Part shown: positions 39,742 to 49,005 of the stretch, piece after piece
How positions within the stretch are numbered: position 1 is the stretch's first letter
Layout of the letters: each line of letters begins with the position of its first letter
Origin: Spirochaetaceae bacterium
GTDB taxonomy: Bacteria; Spirochaetota; Spirochaetia; DSM-2461
NCBI GenBank assembly: GCA_051531975.1
Contig: JAOPTT010000002.1
Span: forward strand, 377,968 to 441,967
Direction: 5' to 3'
Length of the DNA stretch: 64,000 nt
Made by a program: the position numbers and the translations under genes
Notes under the pieces: model-generated
What the model saw: the letters and a program-made list of their open reading frames with translations, nothing else
Databases searched by the model: none
Told to the model about the DNA's origin: nothing

Positions 39742-40797
39742 TCAATCATCTACCTCAAACCAGACTTTAATATTTTCTCTAACAAACTGATCATCATTTA
39801 ATTCCGGATAGGTATTATATACTCTATCAATCTCTTCCATCTGGCCGCCGGAAAGTTCTCCATTTGGATTGAAACAATTAATTTCATCAAATATACCCTG
39901 CCTTCTTAGAACTTCATGAAGACCGGCAATACAGCCTTTAAATCCGTTTGCTGCATCAAAAAATGCGGCATTTGTATCTGTAATCTGTTGGGCCTTAATT
40001 AACAGATCCCTTGGGATAAAACGGGACTCTTTAGCTTTTTTTATCTCATCTAGCAGTTCTACTGCTTTTTTTGTCCAGACACACCAGTGTCCAAGAAGCC
40101 CGCCAGAAAAATTGAGTTCAACATCTCCAGATTCTGTTGTAAGAACATAAGGGGTTATTAAATCTATAACAATTGAATCATCATTACCGGTATAAAGTAT
40201 CAAATCTTGAGAACGTCCACTATCATTAACTGCCCTTAAAACATCAATTGTTTTATACCGGTTAAAAGGGGCAACCTTAATAGCTATAAGGTTTTTATCG
40301 ACCAGAACATCCATCCAGAAATTGTAAGATAACTCCGGCCCCCCTATAGCCGGTTGAAGGTAAAAACCTATTATCGGAATAATTTCCCCTATTTCGTAGT
40401 AGTGTTCAGCAAGCTCATTTGCACTTGTGAAAGAGGTAGGGGAGACCAGACCAAGATCGTAACCTAAGCTCTTAATCAGTTGTGCCTCTTTTTTTGCCTG
40501 TTCTGTTTTTCCGCAAAGACCTGCAACTTTAACTATCTCTACTCCATGCCTATACTCAAACTTTTGTATCTCATTCATAACAACTTCTAAAAATAAGTTA
40601 AATATTTCCGGATAGTCGCGAATTTCGAATTGTGTAGTATGAACGGCCGCAGCAATTCCCCCGGCTCCCGCATCAAGATAATACCGGACTAAGACACGTT
40701 GTCTTTTTTCATCAAATTGTAAATCTTTAGTTAATGCCAATGGCATTGCAGGAATAACTATTCCTTTTTTTAGAATCTTCTGTATATTTGTTATCAT
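39742..40797 (-). CDS. DHDPS/N-acetylneuraminate lyase superfamily aldolase
   Basis: VIPAMPLAL, AVHTTQF, GFYLQ (Tyr), IAIKVAPF (Schiff-base Lys) and LYTGNDD. Confidence 0.85.
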   Translation of the reverse strand: MITNIQKILKKGIVIPAMPLALTKDLQFDEKRQRVLVRYYLDAGAGGIAAAVHTTQFEIRDYPEIFNLFLEVVMNEIQKFEYRHGVEIVKVAGLCGKTEQAKKEAQLIKSLGYDLGLVSPTSFTSANELAEHYYEIGEIIPIIGFYLQPAIGGPELSYNFWMDVLVDKNLIAIKVAPFNRYKTIDVLRAVNDSGRSQDLILYTGNDDSIVIDLITPYVLTTESGDVELNFSGGLLGHWCVWTKKAVELLDEIKKAKESRFIPRDLLIKAQQITDTNAAFFDAANGFKGCIAGLHEVLRRQGIFDEINCFNPNGELSGGQMEEIDRVYNTYPELNDDQFVRENIKVWFEVDD

Positions 40798-40806
40798 ACT
40801 GTCCCC

Positions 40807-41862
40807 CTAGTATTTTCCATCCCGTGTTTCAAAATGTGTCGCTTTATTAAGTGTAGCCCCATTGTTCTGAATCCATAGCGCACTCCAGCGTATCATTGTA
40901 AGCAAAGGTATCCGTGGATACCCAAATACAGATGCAGCTTTGCTTGCGTTGTTTAGGAGAGCTGTATCTGATTCATTTCCAGTAAATATTGGTGTGATAT
41001 TAAACTCTTTACCAAACTGATTAGCTATATATTTTATAGATATTGTCTCAGGTCCTGTTATGTTTAATATATTAGCTGGATAAGTACTCTGTTGTAATGA
41101 AAGTAGTGCCATTCTTGCAACATCTCCCTGCCATATTACGTTTACATGCCCCATTGATAAATCTATAGATTCCTCATTTAGCACTTTTAACGCAATTTCG
41201 TGTAAAACCCCATAACGCATATCAATTGCATAGTTAAGGCGGAACATACATAATTCAGTCTGTTTTTTGTGACTATAATATTCAAAAATTCTCTCTCTAC
41301 CAACTGCGGAATTAGCATATTCCCCCATTGGGTTTATAGGATCTTCCTCTACTGCCCCACCTGAATTAATACTGCATAAATCGTAGACGCAACCTGTAGA
41401 GAAGACTACTATCCGGCTCTCTTTGAAGTGGGAAGCCACATTAGCAGGAACTACAGTATTCATGGCCCATGTTAATCCCTGGCCTGATTCTGTGCCAAAC
41501 TTTTTACCTGCCATAAATATAACATTTTTAACCTTTGGCAACCGGGAAACACCTTCCTGATCAAGAAGATCACATTTTATTGTTTCTATCCCATAGGATT
41601 CCAGTTCCAACTGAATCCCTTTATCTGAAAATCTTGAGACACCATAAACTTTTTTGTGGTTTTCACCTTGAATAATGGCATTACGTGCAAGAAAACCTAC
41701 ATGGCTACCAACCTTCCCACCTATACCAAGTATCATTATATCCCCATCTAAATTATCTATAAAAGATATCAACTCGTTATCAGGTGTTGAAATGAAATCA
41801 TCCAGTTCTTTAATATTATTGAATGATTGTGGGATATATATCCTTTTAAACTCTTTTTCCAT
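40807..41862 (-). CDS. atypical NAD-dependent epimerase/dehydratase (extended SDR)
   Basis: ILGIGGKVG Rossmann motif, MAGKKFG, FSTGCVY and RLNYA; start ATG 41862 after GAAGGA. Confidence 0.85.
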   Translation of the reverse strand: MEKEFKRIYIPQSFNNIKELDDFISTPDNELISFIDNLDGDIMILGIGGKVGSHVGFLARNAIIQGENHKKVYGVSRFSDKGIQLELESYGIETIKCDLLDQEGVSRLPKVKNVIFMAGKKFGTESGQGLTWAMNTVVPANVASHFKESRIVVFSTGCVYDLCSINSGGAVEEDPINPMGEYANSAVGRERIFEYYSHKKQTELCMFRLNYAIDMRYGVLHEIALKVLNEESIDLSMGHVNVIWQGDVARMALLSLQQSTYPANILNITGPETISIKYIANQFGKEFNITPIFTGNESDTALLNNASKAASVFGYPRIPLLTMIRWSALWIQNNGATLNKATHFETRDGKY

Positions 41863-41880
41863 ATTTCTATCCTTCCCAAT

Positions 41881-41930
41881 TAAAACCAACTGGTTGGTTT
41901 TAATTTATCCCTAACGCCATTATAAGTCAA
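41881..41930 (-). promoter_or_regulatory. promoter plus palindromic operator, copy 3
   Basis: TTGACT 41930-41925, 17-nt spacer, TAAATT 41907-41902, operator TAAAACCAACTGGTTGGTTTTA 41881-41902. Confidence 0.85.
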
Positions 41931-42202
41931 GGATAATAATAACTTAGTCTATGCAAAGACGATTGATAAAGAGTCTTTTATTTGTGATAGGAGGATATTA
42001 AACTTGAAATAAGTTAAGCTATTTTGAGCTTCGGATATATCTACAATAGACTCCAAGGTATTTTTTTACAAATAAGAATATATTATTGATCTCAATTTCT
42101 GTTAAGTCAATTACATCAATATCTTCATCCATATTAATATAACCGGGAGTAATATCTCCCAGTTTACTGATAATAGATGTAATAAAAATATGAGTATATA
42201 TT

Positions 42203-43939
42203 CTAAAGTTCTTCGATATATGTGTTTATATCCCTAACCTCTTTATTTTGTAGTAAGTCGTAAACTTCAGCTGCACTTTTTGCGGTCAAAAGACGCTTCT
42301 GGTATAGTGGGTCCTCTGTAAATATTTTTGCAACTGCTCCTAAAAGCTGAACGTGGAGATTATTCATTCCTTCGGGTGTTGCTATTAAGATTACAATTTC
42401 AACAGGTTCACCATCTAAAGATTCCCAATCGACAGGTTTGTTACACAGACCTATGACACCCATAAGCTTCTCTCTTTTGTGAATTCTTGCATGAGGGATA
42501 GCCATCTTTCTACCTAATCCCGTGCTAAAATCCTTTTCTCTGTCCATTATACCTTTTAATAGTTCTTCTTTAGTAATTGAGTGTAGATGGTTTGTTTTTA
42601 CTAAAAAGTCGGTCATCTGCTCTATAGCATGCCATTTATCTTTTGCCTCTAAATTTAATAGTATGTATTCCTCTTGTAAGAAATCTATTAATCTTGGAGT
42701 TGCTTGCCCTGTCTCTTTAGATAGATCAAAACTTTTAGATGTAGTAAAAGGTCCAATAATCTCATTAACTGCTACAGCTGCTAATACAATAGTTGAAACA
42801 GTTGCTGTAATATCTCCTAATATTGGATATTTTGAAAGATTAATTACAAGACCAATTGCTAACCCAGCTTGGGGTACTAAACCAATTCCCAAATATCGCC
42901 CAATACTCTGGGGATAGTTAAATATTTTACTAGCAGTAAACGCACCTAATGTCTTTGCTATAATTCTCATTATAATAAAAGCCGCACCTGCAATTCCTGC
43001 AATTTTAAGCTTATTCAAGTCTAAATGTGCTCCAGCAAGAGTAAAAAAAACTGAAAATATTAGACCATTAACATTAGAAAATACATTGGTAACTTTTTTT
43101 GCGTGGTAGCTTAAGTTACAAAATGTTACACCCATTGTAAGGTTAACTAGAAGTGGAGATATTTTAAAATATCTACAAGATATTATATTAAAAAATATTG
43201 CTAAAAATACAGTTGTAAACATCTCAGCTTTATTGTGCTGGTGTTTAGTTATAAATGTAATTATTCCACCAATTGCGATACCAAATAAAATTGTTCCTAA
43301 TACAACTAATAAAGGTTTACCTATACCAATTAGTAAATTTTGCTCTACGTCACTACTTTTTAAAATTGAGATTGCCTTTACAATTTCAAAAACTAAAATA
43401 GTCGCAAAGTTATTTAAAGCCACAACTCCAACAAGAGTTTTTGTAAATACACCTCTGGCGAACTTTTTTTGTATTAAACTTACAACCGTTCCAGGGGCTG
43501 TAGCTATTGCGATTGAAGATAACAGAAGACATATTCTAAAATCTATCTTTAATACAAAGTATAGAACTACAAATACAAGTCCATATGTAAAAGTTGTATC
43601 AAAGAGAGCTAAGTTAACTATTCTCTTACCTGAATTATGCAAAAGTTTATAACTTAAATGAGTTCCAATACTAAATGTCATAATTCCAAGAGCAATATCG
43701 CTAATAAACTTAAGGGATTCTAAATCATGTTCAGAGAATATAGTTAAATCGCCAGTTCCAAAAATAGGTCCTAAAATAAGATAACCTGATGGCCCTATAA
43801 TTAATCCCAATAGTACCTGTCCGGTTATATCTGGAAGCTTTATTTTATGAAAAAAGTTCCCTACAATTAGTCCTACAAAAGCTACAATTAAAAATGTAAC
43901 CTCCGGGCTTAGATGATCTGGTAATAAAGTATGTTCCAT
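42203..43939 (-). CDS. CPA2 cation:proton antiporter fused to a PTS EIIA(Ntr/Fru)-like domain
   Basis: IATAPGTV, FFTLAGAHL and LVPQAGLAIGL motifs; C-terminal DREKDFSTGLGRKMAIPHAR. Confidence 0.88.
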   Translation of the reverse strand: MEHTLLPDHLSPEVTFLIVAFVGLIVGNFFHKIKLPDITGQVLLGLIIGPSGYLILGPIFGTGDLTIFSEHDLESLKFISDIALGIMTFSIGTHLSYKLLHNSGKRIVNLALFDTTFTYGLVFVVLYFVLKIDFRICLLLSSIAIATAPGTVVSLIQKKFARGVFTKTLVGVVALNNFATILVFEIVKAISILKSSDVEQNLLIGIGKPLLVVLGTILFGIAIGGIITFITKHQHNKAEMFTTVFLAIFFNIISCRYFKISPLLVNLTMGVTFCNLSYHAKKVTNVFSNVNGLIFSVFFTLAGAHLDLNKLKIAGIAGAAFIIMRIIAKTLGAFTASKIFNYPQSIGRYLGIGLVPQAGLAIGLVINLSKYPILGDITATVSTIVLAAVAVNEIIGPFTTSKSFDLSKETGQATPRLIDFLQEEYILLNLEAKDKWHAIEQMTDFLVKTNHLHSITKEELLKGIMDREKDFSTGLGRKMAIPHARIHKREKLMGVIGLCNKPVDWESLDGEPVEIVILIATPEGMNNLHVQLLGAVAKIFTEDPLYQKRLLTAKSAAEVYDLLQNKEVRDINTYIEEL

Positions 43940-44002
43940 AGTTTAAACAATAATGCAGTATCTCTATATAGACAAGTAGAAAGTATAAATTACAAGTATT
44001 GA

Positions 44003-44779
44003 TTATGGTTTATTATTAAATTCTAAAGATTTGTCAATTACATTGTTAATAATGTCGGGGAACTGTTTTTGTATAATATTTACACCAACTTCTGTTAAAC
44101 CGCCCTTTGTTGCAACTGTGTTTATTAATTCTTTATAGGTTATAGTTTCAAAGCTTAATTGCTGAACTGTAGATAATAATGTTTTATTTAAAACATCTGA
44201 AATGGTCTCTTTAGGTAAATCTGTGTTTTCTGAAAAACTAGTTGATATAACGTCCAAAAGTGCAGAATATAATCCAGGACCGCAACTTGTTAAGAGTGTT
44301 AATATTCCAAAATCACTTTCTTTTACAAACATAGGTTCAGATATAAATGAAAATAGTTTGTGTAAAGCTAATCTTTCAGATGTTGATACCTTTGAATTTG
44401 GACATAGAAGAGTATACCCTCCTAAAGCAACTGTAGGCATGATTCTAGTAATTTTACCAGAATACCAACTCTCCATAGTTTCTATACTTAATTTATTAGA
44501 AGCAGATATAAAATGGATCTCTGTACCATATAACAGTTCTAAAATATCTTTTTGATTCTGAGCGTGAACGCAGGATATTATAGTATCTACCTGAGAGAGC
44601 ATATCTTTAAATTCTAACACTACTGATATATCAGGATACTTCTCTTTAAAAAAATCTGCTTTGGCAGTAGTTCTGTTATATATAACAACATCTTTTGAAT
44701 TAATACCTTTTTGATTTAAAAGGTGTTTTAGTAGAACTCCACCCATATGCCCAAGACCTATAAAGCCAATTTTATTCAT
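44003..44779 (-). CDS. pyrroline-5-carboxylate reductase family protein (ProC/ComER-like)
   Basis: IGFIGLGHMG, RIMP, LTSCGP and VATKGGLTEVG motifs; start ATG 44779 after AGGTG. Confidence 0.8.
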   Translation of the reverse strand: MNKIGFIGLGHMGGVLLKHLLNQKGINSKDVVIYNRTTAKADFFKEKYPDISVVLEFKDMLSQVDTIISCVHAQNQKDILELLYGTEIHFISASNKLSIETMESWYSGKITRIMPTVALGGYTLLCPNSKVSTSERLALHKLFSFISEPMFVKESDFGILTLLTSCGPGLYSALLDVISTSFSENTDLPKETISDVLNKTLLSTVQQLSFETITYKELINTVATKGGLTEVGVNIIQKQFPDIINNVIDKSLEFNNKP

Positions 44780-44817
44780 AATGTTCACCTATATTAAGAT
44801 AATCAAACTTATTTAAC

Positions 44818-44846
44818 AAAAAAAAACTACCAGCTAAAACTGGTAG
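44818..44846 (-). terminator. intrinsic terminator of the partner-switching operon
   Basis: CTACCAG/CTGGTAG stem followed by 9 T on the minus strand. Confidence 0.8.
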
Positions 44847-44866
44847 CTATTTAAAAATTAAATAAG

Positions 44867-46942
44867 TTAATTCTTTTTAATTATTACCATTGAGATATCA
44901 TCTGATAGATTACCACCATTTTGTTTAATATCACCTTTCTTTGCATAACTCATGACCTCACCTTTTATAAGGTCTAATATAACTCCAGGTTCAGAATCAC
45001 AATTTTCGAACAATAAGGCTTCTACATTTTCGACACCATACTGTACAGCGTTTTCATCCTTTGCCTCTATCACACCATCTGTATAAAGAACTAAGATATC
45101 ACCACTTTCAAGAGTAAGACTTCCTTTAGATGTCTCTGATTTTATATATTCAGATAAACCTAAGAAAGCTGTTTTTTCTGTAAATCCCCTGTGCAGTATA
45201 ACTTCATTATTCTTTTTACAATACTGAATGGCAACTTCATGGGCTCCAGCATAGTGAAGAACTCCATCTTCTTCTCTTAGAATATTTCCAGTCATGAATT
45301 TATCACTACCAATTCTATCTCTGTTAATTTTACATAAAACTCTATTAACAATATCGTATACTTTATCAGGATCTAACTGTTTATCTAAAACTTCAGATGC
45401 GTCTAGAGCTGCATGTATAGATGCTAAGAAAATTAGTGCCGTAATTCCTGAAGGTAAACCATGTCCACTTACATCTCCAATACTAAAATAATTACCAAAT
45501 TTATTGGTTACAAAATCGTATGCATCACCACCAACTTCTGTAGCAGTAACCATATCACATGCAACACTATAACCATCTAGTTCTATTGATTTAGGAACAA
45601 TTGAAGTCTGGATATCTTTAGCAATGTTCATCTCTCCAATTAATCTATTTCTATCTTCTTGTATTTGTTTACCATTAATTATTGAGAAAACTGTATTTAA
45701 AGTATAACCCTGATTTTTTAACATCTTCTTCTCAAAATAATAAAGTTGACTATATTTATCCTTAAAAACTACCTGAAAGCCTGCAATTCTATCCTCATTA
45801 AATATAGGAACAAAGGAAATACATTTTTGTAACCCATTAAAACAGGTCGGGATATCATCCATTTCAATAATTTCTTTCTTTTCGATTATTAACTTAAGAT
45901 ACTTCTCACCAAAGTTTTTCATTTCACTTATTGGAGTTTCTAAAATATAGTCTAGATTAAATTTTGTCTCAGAAAGTTTTTTATGAATATTATCATGAGA
46001 TATCTTTTTAATGGATATAACAGGCTCTAAAGGGGTGCAATACCCCATGATCATATCATCATGGTCTATCTTAAATACACCATTATACAGACGAAAGGTT
46101 ACAATACCAGTTATCCCATAACTTTCCATAACTAAGTCACGTTTCATATTGGCGAGCATACCCTTGGTTAAATTAACAATAATTTCTGAATCCTCTTCAG
46201 CAGAACTTAAAATAACTTTGTTAATTAATTTACCATTCTCTTTCCTAATTTTATTCTGATTATTAAGCATAAATTGCATATGTTTTGTTCTAAAATATAC
46301 ATACTCTTCGTAACTTCGTATTATAAATATTAGATTCAAAATTATCAGTGTAGAAAACTGAATAGGTTTATCTCCCGTATAACTTATTACTACAAGAAAT
46401 AGTCCATAAGTCATAAATATTAATAGTACTACAAAAGGATAATTTTTTTTCCGTAAAACACCTTTTCTAAAATTAAATACACTAGCTAGAATTTGAAAGT
46501 TTGCTACCGCTAAAGAAGAAATAGAAACAATCAATAATGTAAGCATATTAATCTTAGTATTTAAAATAACGCCTACAAAAAAGATTAAAACTGAAATAGC
46601 TGAAATTATAATAAATAGTTTATACTTCTTGAGTGAATTATTTACATCGTCGGTTAAAAAGCTTAGTTTTATCCTTTGAGCATGAACAGAAACTTCAAGA
46701 AACAGAAGTGCCAATGAATACAATAATGCAACCACGATAAATATTGGTGCATATAATTTTACATTTGTTAGAGGTCTTATTGTAATAAACGTTGTTATCC
46801 CACCAATTAAAACAAATAAAATTGATGATATTAACAGATATTTCCAACGATCTCCATACTCTCTTTTATTCTTAATGTCTAAAGTCATATTAAAACCTAA
46901 AACAATAACAACTATGAATGTGAAAAGATAAAAATTATTCAT
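44867..46942 (-). CDS. membrane-bound SpoIIE/RsbU-type PP2C phosphatase
   Basis: About 7 TM helices; AKDIQTSIVP, EVGGDAYD, IGDVSGHG, LYTDGVIE and DDIS motifs. Confidence 0.92.
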   Translation of the reverse strand: MNNFYLFTFIVVIVLGFNMTLDIKNKREYGDRWKYLLISSILFVLIGGITTFITIRPLTNVKLYAPIFIVVALLYSLALLFLEVSVHAQRIKLSFLTDDVNNSLKKYKLFIIISAISVLIFFVGVILNTKINMLTLLIVSISSLAVANFQILASVFNFRKGVLRKKNYPFVVLLIFMTYGLFLVVISYTGDKPIQFSTLIILNLIFIIRSYEEYVYFRTKHMQFMLNNQNKIRKENGKLINKVILSSAEEDSEIIVNLTKGMLANMKRDLVMESYGITGIVTFRLYNGVFKIDHDDMIMGYCTPLEPVISIKKISHDNIHKKLSETKFNLDYILETPISEMKNFGEKYLKLIIEKKEIIEMDDIPTCFNGLQKCISFVPIFNEDRIAGFQVVFKDKYSQLYYFEKKMLKNQGYTLNTVFSIINGKQIQEDRNRLIGEMNIAKDIQTSIVPKSIELDGYSVACDMVTATEVGGDAYDFVTNKFGNYFSIGDVSGHGLPSGITALIFLASIHAALDASEVLDKQLDPDKVYDIVNRVLCKINRDRIGSDKFMTGNILREEDGVLHYAGAHEVAIQYCKKNNEVILHRGFTEKTAFLGLSEYIKSETSKGSLTLESGDILVLYTDGVIEAKDENAVQYGVENVEALLFENCDSEPGVILDLIKGEVMSYAKKGDIKQNGGNLSDDISMVIIKKN

Positions 46943-48039
46943 TATTCCCCCTTAAAACTATCATTAAATAGTGTATTCATATCAGTAGAAATTTTTAGCA
47001 TATTATTTCGGCATAAACTTAATTGGCCTTGTTCATTGTTTACTTTTACATTTAAATATTCTAATAAATCGTCTACAGATTCTCTAAGTGTTACAAAGCT
47101 TTTAGATTGTTCATCAGTAGTATCTTTTGCAGAGTCACTTACTGTATTTATAATTTCTACAGATAATAGTACTCCCTGTAGGGCTCCTGCCACATCTCTA
47201 AGCTCTGACTCTTCTGCTTCGATGGCCCTTCCAGCCTCTTTAATCTCTACAGCAACTTTTTTTACTGAATCTTGAACTTCACTTACATGTACATCAATGT
47301 CACTTAGTGATTTATCTGTATTAACTGCAAGATTTCTAATTTCTTTAGCTACTACTTTAAATCCTTTTCCATGTATACCTGCTCTAGCTGAAACAATGGA
47401 TGCATTAATAGAAAGGATGTGAACCATAGAAGATATATTAGACATAATGTCTAGGATCTTAGTAATCTCTTTTGATTTTGTATCTAATTCTTCTGTAACT
47501 AAAATAGCTTTTTCTAATGTTTTTGCTACATAAGCTACAGATTGTTTAACACTATTTGCTAAATCAAATGCAGTTTTTGCTGTTTTAGCAACATTATCAG
47601 AAATTGTAAAAATTTGTGTAACTCCTCCCTTAATTATAGAGGAGTTACCAGATGCTTCTGAAATATGAGGTATAAGTTTATTGGTAAGTTCATCCAATTT
47701 ATTATCGTTTTTATCTAAATCCACCGAGTCTATTAAAGAATAGATCTGTTGAAAGCATTCATCAAATTTACCTGTATCAACATTTTCTCTCTTTTGTGAA
47801 GTTTCAATTTCTTCTGCTAAACTATTGTCATTGTCAATTAATGTATCTATCTGCATTTCAGTTTTTATCGAAGTATCTGCGTCTTTCTTTATATCTTTTA
47901 TATATTTTCTTTTGATAAATATAAAATCTAACAAATATAAAACAATAAATAATGAAGCTTTTACAACACCACTAAAGGGAAGAAAAATAATCAAAAGAGT
48001 AAGTGGTAATAATATAAAGAATAAACTAACCTTTCTCAT
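46942..48039 (-). CDS. short MCP-like chemoreceptor with a TM hairpin and no periplasmic sensor domain
   Basis: ILSINASIVSARAGIHGKGFKVVAKEIRNLA hairpin tip. Confidence 0.85.
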   Translation of the reverse strand: MRKVSLFFILLPLTLLIIFLPFSGVVKASLFIVLYLLDFIFIKRKYIKDIKKDADTSIKTEMQIDTLIDNDNSLAEEIETSQKRENVDTGKFDECFQQIYSLIDSVDLDKNDNKLDELTNKLIPHISEASGNSSIIKGGVTQIFTISDNVAKTAKTAFDLANSVKQSVAYVAKTLEKAILVTEELDTKSKEITKILDIMSNISSMVHILSINASIVSARAGIHGKGFKVVAKEIRNLAVNTDKSLSDIDVHVSEVQDSVKKVAVEIKEAGRAIEAEESELRDVAGALQGVLLSVEIINTVSDSAKDTTDEQSKSFVTLRESVDDLLEYLNVKVNNEQGQLSLCRNNMLKISTDMNTLFNDSFKGE

Positions 48040-48053
48040 AAATTCTCCTATAA

Positions 48054-48431
48054 CTATACAATGACTACATCAGGAACTAAGAATTTCAATGTAGGTAGAC
48101 TAGTTGCCTGCCACGCAACGGATTTATCATATTCAATTTTTATCTTATATTGCTGATCTGCAGGTACTGCAGCTAAAAGCATAATCCATTTAGCAATTGC
48201 TTTAATTCCACTTGAATTTAAGAATGCTAACTTTGTGAAATCACCAACAACTGTATTAAATTTACCTGCAACAGCACCATCATGAATACCTTTAAAAAAA
48301 GGATTTAAAATTACACTAGGATCTGCAAGATCTATATCACCATTAAAAACAACAGAGACACCATCACTTGTATCATTTACTACTACTGAAAACTTTGCTT
48401 CTTTTATATTATCTATACTTATTTTTCCCAT
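48054..48431 (-). CDS. STAS-like anti-anti-sigma/partner-switch protein (slr1659-like)
   Basis: DFTKLAFLNSSGI phosphoacceptor motif and WQATSL. Confidence 0.75.
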   Translation of the reverse strand: MGKISIDNIKEAKFSVVVNDTSDGVSVVFNGDIDLADPSVILNPFFKGIHDGAVAGKFNTVVGDFTKLAFLNSSGIKAIAKWIMLLAAVPADQQYKIKIEYDKSVAWQATSLPTLKFLVPDVVIV

Positions 48432-48441
48432 ATTATCTCCT

Positions 48442-48924
48442 TTACATTACAATTCTAAGACTTATTTTATTATCTTCTGAAATTTTCATGTCTAGCTGTG
48501 CTCCAGCTTCAAACCTTATTCTAGCAAGTCCAAGTTGACTTTTACCATCATCCCTTGTTGCTGCTAATTTCATCTGTTCTACATATGCTTCCATAGGTGT
48601 CCCTATCATAACTTTATCATATAACACTTGTAAGCCACTAATAGCCTCATCAGATGCAAAATTTTCGACTATCCCTGTCAATGTACCATTTACTTTATCA
48701 ACATGAACAAACAAATATGGTTTATTATTAGTGGAGTATTTAATTGCATTTTCTAAAAGTTCACTAATAGATGTTGAGAAATGATCTGACCGAGCTTGAT
48801 CCCCAGAGCTTATTAAAACAAAGTTTTGTATAAATTGTCTAGTAATGGAAATATAATTCCAATTTGCACCAAATGTCATCTCGATGCATTCGCCATCTTT
48901 TTCAAGTATTTCTTTATCGAACAT
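48442..48924 (-). CDS. GHKL/HATPase anti-sigma-like serine kinase (slr1658/SiaB-like)
   Basis: ISELLENAIKYS N-box and KSQLGLARI. Confidence 0.72.
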   Translation of the reverse strand: MFDKEILEKDGECIEMTFGANWNYISITRQFIQNFVLISSGDQARSDHFSTSISELLENAIKYSTNNKPYLFVHVDKVNGTLTGIVENFASDEAISGLQVLYDKVMIGTPMEAYVEQMKLAATRDDGKSQLGLARIRFEAGAQLDMKISEDNKISLRIVM

Positions 48925-49005
48925 GAGTGTCCTCCTTTTATTTATTATACGGGGTATTTCATATAACGCAAATTAAAAAAGATTTTACAAAAGTAATTAC
49001 AGTCA

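Noticed and set aside
41950..42190. Coding-like fragments at the right island edge
   Set aside because: Short frames with no identifiable family
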